From Lawsonibacter sp. (GTDB lineage: Bacteria; Bacillota; Clostridia; Oscillospirales; Oscillospiraceae): DNA of 64,000 bases. Below are positions 1-7,299 of this stretch, in pieces. Where the stretch lies: contig JAAWHL010000001.1 of NCBI GenBank assembly GCA_022795855.1, positions 12,478 to 76,477 of the forward strand. The letters are read 5' to 3'. Numbering within the stretch: position 1 is the first letter of the stretch; every line of letters begins with the position of its first letter. A program made the position numbers and the translations under genes. The notes under the pieces were generated by a model. It was not told the origin of the DNA, did not search any database, and was given only the letters and a program-made list of their open reading frames with translations.

Positions 1-825
1 GATATCAGCGCCGCCCCAGGCAGCATCAGTCAGGTGAAGGAATGTACCTTGGCACTGATGCAGCTGGCAAAGGGGGAGGGGATAACGGTTTTTGTCATCG
101 GCCACGTGAATAAGGAGGGGTCCATTGCCGGGCCCAAGGTGTTGGAACATATGGTGGACTGTGTGCTCTACTTTGAAGGAGAGCGGAACATGGCCTACCG
201 GATTCTTCGGGCTGCGAAAAACCGGTTTGGAGCAACCAATGAGATCGGCGTGTTTGAGATGGAGGACGGTGGCTTGGCTGAGGTGCCGAATCCCTCCGAG
301 GCGCTTCTGTCCGGGCGGCCCGTAGATACGCCCGGCACCTGTGTAACCTGCGTGATGGAGGGCATCAGACCTGTTTTGGCAGAGATTCAGGCGCTGGTAG
401 TACCGTCCAGTTTGGGAAATCCCCGCCGGGTGAGCAATGGATTTGACTTTAACCGCTCCATGCTCCTGCTGGCTGTGCTGGAGAAGCGAGGCGGACTGAT
501 ACTCGGAGGGTGCGACGCCTACCTGAACGTAATTGGGGGCCTGTCCTTGGATGAACCGGCTGCCGATTTGGCCGCTGTAATCTCTCTGGCCTCCAGTTTT
601 CGGGACAAGCCTCTCGCAGGGGATTTGGCGGCCATTGGAGAGGTGGGATTAACCGGTGAGCTGCGGGCGGTCAGTTCTTTGGGACAGCGGCTGAGTGAGG
701 TGAGGCGTCTGGGGTTTACCAAATGCCTTATTCCGAAACGAACGCAGGGGAAAATTTCAGTTCCGGACGGACTGGAACTGATTCGTGTCGGCAATATTCG
801 AGAGGCCATGGCAGCCTTGCTGTGA
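1..825 (+). CDS. radA: DNA repair protein RadA/Sms, C-terminal part (5' truncated by window edge)
   Basis: Frame open from base 1; motifs GHVNKEGSIAGPKVLEHMVD, KNRFG and the Lon-like C-terminal GEVGLTGELR. Confidence 0.95.
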   Translation, partial: DISAAPGSISQVKECTLALMQLAKGEGITVFVIGHVNKEGSIAGPKVLEHMVDCVLYFEGERNMAYRILRAAKNRFGATNEIGVFEMEDGGLAEVPNPSEALLSGRPVDTPGTCVTCVMEGIRPVLAEIQALVVPSSLGNPRRVSNGFDFNRSMLLLAVLEKRGGLILGGCDAYLNVIGGLSLDEPAADLAAVISLASSFRDKPLAGDLAAIGEVGLTGELRAVSSLGQRLSEVRRLGFTKCLIPKRTQGKISVPDGLELIRVGNIREAMAALL

Positions 826-1086
826 TGCTGGCGCCCGAATTTTGGGAATCTGATTTCCACGATTGTGAGACGGCCACAATACACGGTGGGAAATTTGCAC
901 AGGGGCCATTTTGCGGCAATTCCGGGGCGTGATGGCGCAGTCATTACTCCGTTGGGCGAATTGGGATTCAAGCCCCTTGGCCGCAGTGGGGGCACGTTTT
1001 TTGCTCCAGCTTACGCCCGGCAGGGGCCTATTTTAGAGGGACAGTCGGGCGGCATCCGCGAAGCGGACGGATGGGGAAGATTTAAG

Positions 1087-1123
1087 AAGGGCCTGGAACG
1101 GTGTGCCATTCCAGGCCCTTTTT
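1087..1123 (+). terminator. Intrinsic terminator-like hairpin downstream of radA
   Basis: AAGGGCCTGGAA / TTCCAGGCCCTT 12-bp stem followed by a T run. Confidence 0.6.
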
Positions 1124-1387
1124 CAGCGGCCGAAGACCGCTGTGCAATAGCCAAGCGCGAATGCGTTTTGGGCAATTAGAACGTCAAAAACGTTCGCCGC
1201 TTGTGATTTTGGTGAGCTAGCGAATGGCAGACGGGAAATGAAACGTAAGCCAGGAGGAAAACTCCCACGGGGCTGTTCCAAGGGGGGACACTGCCTCAAC
1301 AGGCGAAAAAAGATTTTCGGCGGCATACCGGAAGTCTGTTTGGAGTCTTTATTGGAAGAAAGAGTAGGTAAAGCCCGACAATGGAGG

Positions 1388-1416
1388 TTGAACATAGTCT
1401 GGCTTTGTGCTATACT
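1388..1416 (+). promoter_or_regulatory. Sigma-A-type promoter P1 with extended -10, no downstream CDS
   Basis: TTGAAC-17 bp-TATACT with TG at the extended -10 position. Confidence 0.6.
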
Positions 1417-1422
1417 GCAAGA

Positions 1423-1670
1423 CAGATGAGATTTGACAATGTTTGTGGGCCATCGCACATGAAGACGAAAAACTGCTCAGCAAGTACATGGAAACAAAGA
1501 GTAAAGGTGCTATGGCGATATGCCGGGGTGCGCCCGGCGGCCTTTCACAATTGTGGGCTGGCAGCAGTCAAGCTGGCGCAGAAAAGAGGCATTCGGTGTA
1601 GGTTCAATGTCAAAGAATTGCCAGAGAACATTTGTCAAGGGGACTTTCACCCAAAAGATGAAAGCCCCCT
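1423..1670 (+). ncRNA. Candidate rod-shaped small RNA (6S-like or antisense RNA)
   Basis: Downstream of P1; nested pairings found by eye (1433-43/1627-38, 1457-63/1603-10, 1472-81/1557-68, 1522-27/1533-38); ends at a hairpin. Confidence 0.3.
1636..1669 (+). repeat. Inverted-repeat copy A (internally palindromic)
   Basis: CAAGGGGACTTTCACCCAAAAGATGAAAGCCCC; 28 of 33 positions match the reverse complement of 2418-2450, including an 18-bp exact core. Confidence 0.9.
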
Positions 1671-1690
1671 ACAAATCGGGATTTATTACC

Positions 1691-1810
1691 TTAATACTGA
1701 TGAAAGAATATAAGTACAAGCAAAACACTAATTGCTCCCAGTACACTTACAACGATTACTTTCCAAAAATCATGCTTTTCTCTTTCAGTCATATCAATAT
1801 ACCATTTCAT
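1691..1810 (-). CDS. Unannotated 39-aa single-pass membrane peptide (MKWYIDMTEREKHDFWKVIVVSVLGAISVLLVLIFFHQY)
   Basis: Hand-translated; GGAGG RBS at 1821-1825, ATG, 19-residue hydrophobic stretch, TAA; own promoter upstream. Confidence 0.65.
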   Translation of the reverse strand: MKWYIDMTEREKHDFWKVIVVSVLGAISVLLVLIFFHQY

Positions 1811-1859
1811 GCTCTGTTAACCTCCATAACTCCCGATTTGTTGAACGAACCTATTCTAA

Positions 1860-1888
1860 AGTATAGCACAAAGTCAATCGGTGTTCAA
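1860..1888 (-). promoter_or_regulatory. Sigma-A-type promoter P2 for the 39-aa ORF, near-identical to P1
   Basis: TTGAAC-17 bp-TATACT on the minus strand; shares TTGAACA and CTTTGTGCTATACT with P1. Confidence 0.65.
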
Positions 1889-1895
1889 TCCCCAT

Positions 1896-2230
1896 TGCAG
1901 GGCGCCACCTAACCGGCAAGCAATGCCCCAGGATATACCCGGCGCAACTTGTTGGTGACCAATGTCCCCCAACCCCCCGGTGCAACAGCGCAGCTCCGCC
2001 CGATGCACAAGCCGCTGGTGGCGTCTGCAGGCCTGTCCATACTGGCAGGGAAGGGACGCCCGGCGGGCCTCCCTCGGAGAGCGCACGACTGCCGTAGGCA
2101 GTACCGCCGCCCGTTTGCGGGTGGTGAGTAAGTGCGCTCTTAGCAGAGGGCCGGCAAAGAGAGGGGAGCGCCCAGGTCATCCCTAGACGCTCCCGCTTCG
2201 GTTCCCTTCTGCCGGTCAATCACCGCCCCT
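1896..2230. other. GC-rich, hairpin-dense non-coding island (unidentified structured element)
   Basis: Multiple stems, e.g. 1896-1909/2017-2029, AGAGCGCAC/GTGCGCTCT enclosing two hairpins, CCGGCA..GGGAGCG/CGCTCCC..TGCCGG. Confidence 0.4.
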
Positions 2231-2417
2231 TCAGCCTGTGCCATTCTGCCACAAATGAACCGCAGTCAATGTAATGTAGTGGCTTGGTGAAACCACCCTT
2301 TATACATTACATCTCATATCTACTTCTTGACGTTCTTGACGATATCAGAGTGGATACAAACAGGTTGATTTTTCCAAAGCAGAACAAACCTGTTCTATTA
2401 TTGAGTATAAGGTAAAA

Positions 2418-2450
2418 AGGGATTTCATCTTTTGGGTGAATTCCCCCTTG
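2418..2450 (-). repeat. Inverted-repeat copy A'; also placed as terminator for the traX-like gene
   Basis: Reverse complement of copy A; on the minus strand the hairpin is followed by TTTTT, 40 bp after the traX-like stop. Confidence 0.85.
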
Positions 2451-2490
2451 AAAAATGCCCTCATAGAACGGTTTTGAGGCAAAGTTCCCG

Positions 2491-3255
2491 TCAGATGAAG
2501 CTCTGGCGAATCAGCCCCAGAATCAGCAGATGAGCGGGGTAAAAGATGTACCACAGATATTTGTCTCCGGGGAAGGACGTCCCTTTTTTGCCGTTATAGC
2601 AGAAGGTCAAGGCAACGCCCAGCAGAGGACCCAGGGCATTGACACCCCAGAGATGCAGCCAGCGGAGGGTAAACAGGCCCTCGCTCAGAATCATCCAGGT
2701 CAGCCCATATCGGGACAGGGGCATCAGCACCAGCCACAGAAGGAATTTCTTTGGGCGGGACCAGCTGTCTGTCAGGTAGAAAACCAGAATGAACAGCAGA
2801 TAACGGCCGTCTCCCTCGACGACGTTCAGAAGCTCGACGGCCGTCACCATGCCGGCGGCCAGAAGATAGCCGAGGCCGGCCCGTTTGCCGTTGCCCCACT
2901 CCAGCAGCTGCAAGGTCAGCAGGCCCAGCAGCAGGGTGAACAGGATATTTCCGTGAAATCCGAACAGGAGGAAATAGGGCCATTCCGCCAGGCAGGCGAA
3001 GACCAGTAGGCGCAGGGCATATTTTTTCCAATCCCTGGTGTGGCGGAAGCCGTTGGCAATGGAAAACAGGAAGATGGGGGCGGCGATGCGGCCCAGATAG
3101 TTGGTGCAGGACGTAAGGGCCGTAATCCAAGGAATGCTCTCCTGGCAGTTGGGATAGAGCAGGGTTTCCAGCGTCATGGAGAGGGGCCAGACGAAAGTCA
3201 GATGGTCCCAGAGCATGGACAGCAGGGCGATGGTTTTCAAGGCAAAAAAACTCAT
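2491..3255 (-). CDS. TraX-family integral membrane protein (putative acyltransferase), orphan
   Basis: LKTIALLSMLWDHL, GRIAAPIFLF..GF.HT, YNGKKG and FY.FYPAHL motifs. Confidence 0.8.
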   Translation of the reverse strand: MSFFALKTIALLSMLWDHLTFVWPLSMTLETLLYPNCQESIPWITALTSCTNYLGRIAAPIFLFSIANGFRHTRDWKKYALRLLVFACLAEWPYFLLFGFHGNILFTLLLGLLTLQLLEWGNGKRAGLGYLLAAGMVTAVELLNVVEGDGRYLLFILVFYLTDSWSRPKKFLLWLVLMPLSRYGLTWMILSEGLFTLRWLHLWGVNALGPLLGVALTFCYNGKKGTSFPGDKYLWYIFYPAHLLILGLIRQSFI

Positions 3256-3359
3256 GGTAAAGCTCCTTTCTATGATTGGACTGAGAGTATAGTAGCAGAA
3301 AATTCTTACAAAAAAGTGGACAAAAACCTTACGGGTTTCTGAAACTTTGGGAGGACCTT

Positions 3360-4232
3360 ATGAACATTCAGTGGTACCCCGGACACATGACCAAAACCCG
3401 GCGGCAGATTGAGGCGGACTTGAAATATGTGGACATGGTGGTGGAGCTGGTGGATGCCCGCATCCCGGTCTCCAGCCGCAACCCGGACATTGATGCCATC
3501 TGCTCCGGCAAGCCCAGGCTGGTGATTCTGAACCGGGCGGATCAGGCCGATCCTCAAATGACCCGAGCATGGCGGGACTGCTTTCAGAGGCAGGGCTTTG
3601 CGGCGCTGGAGGCCGACTCTAAGTCGGGACAGGGGGCGGGCCGGCTGGCCGCCGCCGCCCGGGAGGCGCTGAAGGACCAGATTGCCAAGTGGCGGGAGCG
3701 GGGACAGGTGGGCCGTCCCATCCGGGCCATGATTGTAGGGGTGCCAAACGTGGGCAAGTCCACCTTCATCAACAAGGTGGCCAAAAAGAAGGCGGCCAAA
3801 GCCGGGGACCGTCCCGGCGTGACCCGGGGCAAGCAGTGGATTCACGTGGAAAGCGGCATGGACCTGCTGGACACCCCGGGGATTCTGTGGCCCAAGTTCG
3901 AGGACGAGCGGACCGGAATGTACCTGGCCTTTACCGGAGCGGTGAAGGACGAGATTATGGATACCGAGACGCTGGGCTGTCATCTGATGGCCCTGCTGGG
4001 GGAGCGCTACCCGGAGGCTCTGATGCGGGGCTATAAGCTCAGCGAGCTTCCCGCCCGCCAGGAGGAGGAGAACGACGTGTCCTACGGCTGCCGCCTGCTT
4101 CAGGCCGCCGCCCAGCGCCGGGGAATGCGCATTTCCGGCGGCGAGCTGGATACCGAGCGCATGGCCCGGGTGCTCCTGGATGAGTTCCGGGGCGGAAAGC
4201 TGGGGAGATTTACGCTGGAGACGCCCGGCTGA
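3360..4232 (+). CDS. rbgA: Ribosome biogenesis GTPase YlqF/RbgA
   Basis: IQWYPGHM, GVPNVGKS, PGVT, DTPG. Confidence 0.95.
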   Translation: MNIQWYPGHMTKTRRQIEADLKYVDMVVELVDARIPVSSRNPDIDAICSGKPRLVILNRADQADPQMTRAWRDCFQRQGFAALEADSKSGQGAGRLAAAAREALKDQIAKWRERGQVGRPIRAMIVGVPNVGKSTFINKVAKKKAAKAGDRPGVTRGKQWIHVESGMDLLDTPGILWPKFEDERTGMYLAFTGAVKDEIMDTETLGCHLMALLGERYPEALMRGYKLSELPARQEEENDVSYGCRLLQAAAQRRGMRISGGELDTERMARVLLDEFRGGKLGRFTLETPG

Positions 4233-4264
4233 CCGGGCTGCGGCCGATGGAACAGGAGGCCCCC

Positions 4265-4705
4265 ATGGACGAAAAAATGACAGAGCTGCTGTATCCCGCC
4301 GCCTTTGCCTGGGCCATTCTCTATATCGCAGCCGCGTTCCACAATTTTGTACACGGAATTGACAAGGGATATGGCCACAGCTACGGCTGGGCGGGGTATG
4401 CGCTGGCGGTGTCCTGTCTGCTGGTCCTGCTGCTGGTGCATGTTTTGGTGCTGTATGGACGAAAACGGTCAGCAGCTCGGATTCTGGGAAGATATTGGGC
4501 CGTTACCCTGCTGATTTTTGTATTCTTTGCGGTAGTTGGAGCTGTTTCAGATCATTTGCTGCTTGCCGGTTTGGCGATTCTGATCACGCCCTGGCTGCCG
4601 CTGGCGCCGCTGATGGAATTGATTCCGGTTCCGGCTGCAATTTCCGGCGCTCTCCTGGCGCTCTTATGCGGGCTGTTTTGTCTGTGGGTGTATCAGAAAA
4701 AGTAA
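4265..4705 (+). CDS. Hypothetical multi-pass membrane protein
   Basis: CAGGAGG RBS before ATG 4265; several hydrophobic segments. Confidence 0.65.
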   Translation: MDEKMTELLYPAAFAWAILYIAAAFHNFVHGIDKGYGHSYGWAGYALAVSCLLVLLLVHVLVLYGRKRSAARILGRYWAVTLLIFVFFAVVGAVSDHLLLAGLAILITPWLPLAPLMELIPVPAAISGALLALLCGLFCLWVYQKK

Positions 4706-4720
4706 AAGCGGGGTGGTCCC

Positions 4721-5326
4721 TTGGATTTATGGCAGTATGAAAAAGAAGCAGCGGCAGCCGGATATCAAACCGTCTGCGGCTGCGACGAGGCCGGGGCAGG
4801 GCCCCTGGCCGGGCCGGTGTACGCCGCAGCGGTGATTCTGCCTCCGGGGGTGGAGATTCTCGGGCTGAACGACTCAAAGAAGCTGACAGAGAAGAGACGT
4901 AAAGCACTTTTCCCTGTCATCCAGGAACGGGCCGCCGCCTGGTCGGTGGCCTTTGTAGACGCGGAGGAGATTGACCGTACAGATATTCTGAGCGCCCGCA
5001 TCCGGGCCATGCAGCTGGCCATAGACGGGCTGGCGGTCCGGCCGGATTTTGCGCTGATTGACGGCAACCGGGACTGCGGGCAGTCAGCGGCGATTAACGC
5101 TTGTCACCGCTGCATTGTAAAGGGGGATAGCTTGTCGGCATCCATCGCCGCCGCCTCCGTTTTGGCCAAGGTCAGCCGGGACGCTTTCATGGAAGAGATG
5201 GACCTGCGCTACCCGGAGTACGCCTTCGCCCGGCACAAGGGATACGGCACTGCGCTGCATTACGAGCGCCTGCGGGAATACGGCCCCTGCCCTATCCACC
5301 GCCGGACCTTTCTCAAGCGCCTGTGA
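4721..5326 (+). CDS. rnhB: Ribonuclease HII
   Basis: GCDEAGAGPLAGPV, DSKKL, IAAASVLAKV, HKGYGT. Confidence 0.95.
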   Translation: MDLWQYEKEAAAAGYQTVCGCDEAGAGPLAGPVYAAAVILPPGVEILGLNDSKKLTEKRRKALFPVIQERAAAWSVAFVDAEEIDRTDILSARIRAMQLAIDGLAVRPDFALIDGNRDCGQSAAINACHRCIVKGDSLSASIAAASVLAKVSRDAFMEEMDLRYPEYAFARHKGYGTALHYERLREYGPCPIHRRTFLKRL

Positions 5327-5694
5327 GCGGGGGAGACAGGCAGCTGCTGGGCCGCTGGGGGGAGGCGGCGGTAGCGGAGTTCCTGCGCGGGCGGGGCTTT
5401 GTCCTGGAGGCGGCGGGATGGCGCTGCCGCTTTGGAGAGCTCGACCTGGTCGCCGGCGACGGCCGATTTCTGGCCTTTGTAGAGGTCAAGCTGCGCCGGG
5501 ACAGCCGGTTTGCCCAGGCCAGAGAGTTTGTGGACGGCCGAAAGCAGCACAGGCTGCGTCTGGCCGCCCAGCTGTACCTGGCCCAGCATCCAACCGCGCT
5601 CCAGCCCCGGTTTGACGTGGCGGAGGTCTACGCGCCCCAGGGCACGGCGACCAAAAACCCGGAGATTCGCTACTGGGAAAACGCCTTCTGGTGA
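5323..5694 (+). CDS. yraN: YraN/UPF0102 family putative endonuclease
   Basis: GELDLV..FVEVK, RFDV; usual position after rnhB. Confidence 0.9.
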   Translation: MSGGDRQLLGRWGEAAVAEFLRGRGFVLEAAGWRCRFGELDLVAGDGRFLAFVEVKLRRDSRFAQAREFVDGRKQHRLRLAAQLYLAQHPTALQPRFDVAEVYAPQGTATKNPEIRYWENAFW

Positions 5695-5715
5695 CATTTC
5701 CGGTTATTTTACCCC

Positions 5716-5744
5716 TTGACCCGGCGGGAATTAGCTGGCATAAT
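5716..5744 (+). promoter_or_regulatory. Sigma-A promoter of thrC
   Basis: TTGACC-17 bp-CATAAT. Confidence 0.6.
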
Positions 5745-5810
5745 ACTTGTTTGAGGCAGATGGCCCTCACACCGTTTGATAATAATTGGATGATGAAGGA
5801 TGAAGTGACA

Positions 5811-7295
5811 ATGCAGTACATCAGTACAAGAGACCGCACCCGCTCGTTCCGGGCCTCTCAGGCCATTGCGCGGGGACTTGCGGAGGACGGCGGCCTGATG
5901 ACGCCGGCCTATTTTCCCAAGCTGCCGGGCACGGCCCTGAAGGAGCTGTCCGGCATGTCCTATCAGCAGCGGGCAGTCTATGTAATGAAGCTGTTTTTGG
6001 ATGAGTTTTCCATTAAAGAGCTGTCTGAGTTTTCCGCCGCAGCCTACGGGCCGGACCGGTTTGACACGCCTGCGGTGGCGCCGGTGCGGGCGCTGAACGG
6101 GGATACCTTCTGCCTGGAGCTGTGGCACGGCCCCACCTGCGCCTTCAAGGATATGGCTTTGCAGATGCTGCCCCATCTGCTCACCGCCTCGCTGGTGAAG
6201 ATTGAGGAGGAGAAAACCGTCTGCATTCTGGTGGCTACCTCGGGAGATACGGGGAAGGGCGCGCTGGAGGGCTTCAAGGACGTGCCCCGCACCCGCATTC
6301 TGGTGTTCTACCCAAAGAACGGGGTGTCCGCGGTGCAGGAGCTGCAGATGGTCACCCAGGAGGGGCAGAACGTGGGGGTCTGTTCGGTCCGGGGCAACTT
6401 TGACGACGCCCAGACCGGCGTGAAGCAGCTGTTCTCCGACGAGGGGCTGCGGGAGCGGCTGGCCCGCCAGGGCTATTTCCTCTCCTCCGCCAACTCCATC
6501 AACTGGGGCCGGGTGCTGCCCCAGATTGTCTACTACATCTCCGCCTACTGCGACCTGCTGCGGGACGGACGCGTCGCCGAGGGGCAGAAAATCAATGTGT
6601 GCGTCCCCACCGGCAATTTCGGCAACATTCTGGCCGCCTTCTACGCCCGCGAGATGGGGGTGCCCATTGACCGGCTGATCTGCGCCTCCAACAGCAACAA
6701 TGTGCTCACCGATTTCATCCGGAGCGGAGTGTATGACCGCAACCGCCCCTTCTACAACACCGACTCGCCCTCCATGGACATCCTGATTTCCAGCAACCTG
6801 GAGCGGCTGCTCCTGGCGCTGACCCAGAACGACCAGGAGGTCCGGGACTATATGGCCCAGCTGTCCGCCTGCGGACGCTATCAGGTCAGCGACCGGGTGC
6901 GGGAGAAGCTGCAGAAGCTGTTCGCCGGCTACTGCTGCGATGACCAGGGCACCAGGGCCAGAATCGGCGCGGTGTACCAAGAATATGACTATCTCATTGA
7001 CCCGCACACCGCTGTGGCCTTCGACGCGCTGGAGCAGTACCGCCGGGAAACGGGGGACATGACGCCCGCCGTGGTGGTGTCCACTGCCAGCCCCTTCAAG
7101 TTCTGCGGCAGTGTGCTGGAGGCCCTGGGGGTGAAGGAGCAGGCCCTCGGCCTGAACATTCTGGACCAGCTGAGCGAAAAGACCGGGCAGCCCGCCCCCG
7201 AGCCGCTGTCCTCTCTGCGGGGCAAGCCGGTGCGCTTCAGCCAGACCGTGGACCGGGACGGGATGCTGGCCGCAGTGCTGGGAATGCTGGAGTAA
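5811..7295 (+). CDS. thrC: Threonine synthase
   Basis: LELWHGPTCAFKD (PLP lysine), ATSGDTG, NSINWGR, VPTGNFGN; start moved to ATG 5811. Confidence 0.95.
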   Translation: MQYISTRDRTRSFRASQAIARGLAEDGGLMTPAYFPKLPGTALKELSGMSYQQRAVYVMKLFLDEFSIKELSEFSAAAYGPDRFDTPAVAPVRALNGDTFCLELWHGPTCAFKDMALQMLPHLLTASLVKIEEEKTVCILVATSGDTGKGALEGFKDVPRTRILVFYPKNGVSAVQELQMVTQEGQNVGVCSVRGNFDDAQTGVKQLFSDEGLRERLARQGYFLSSANSINWGRVLPQIVYYISAYCDLLRDGRVAEGQKINVCVPTGNFGNILAAFYAREMGVPIDRLICASNSNNVLTDFIRSGVYDRNRPFYNTDSPSMDILISSNLERLLLALTQNDQEVRDYMAQLSACGRYQVSDRVREKLQKLFAGYCCDDQGTRARIGAVYQEYDYLIDPHTAVAFDALEQYRRETGDMTPAVVVSTASPFKFCGSVLEALGVKEQALGLNILDQLSEKTGQPAPEPLSSLRGKPVRFSQTVDRDGMLAAVLGMLE

Positions 7296-7299
7296 GCCT

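Noticed and set aside
1528-1538. GTGCGCCCGGC resembles the 5' end of a group II intron
   Set aside because: No domain V/VI (AGC triad helix), no RT ORF; the sequence is explained as an apical hairpin.
1960-2000. GGTGCAACAG resembles an RNase P RNA motif
   Set aside because: The diagnostic GAGGAAAGTCC and the P4 partner strand are absent.
1178-2336. 10-bp inverted repeat AGAACGTCAA / TTGACGTTCT as possible element ends
   Set aside because: A 10-bp match is expected by chance in an interval of this size; it does not extend and has no target duplication.
2382-2397. AGAACA-AACC-TGTTCT as a LexA box
   Set aside because: The Firmicutes box is GAAC-N4-GTTC; here the spacing is N6. It may be another operator but I cannot support a call.
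865-2554. ORF-track ORFs in the radA-traX interval (865-1179, 1381-1713, 1520-1912, 1851-2219 and others)
   Set aside because: No RBS, no recognisable domain, and they overlap the structured elements and the better-supported 39-aa ORF.
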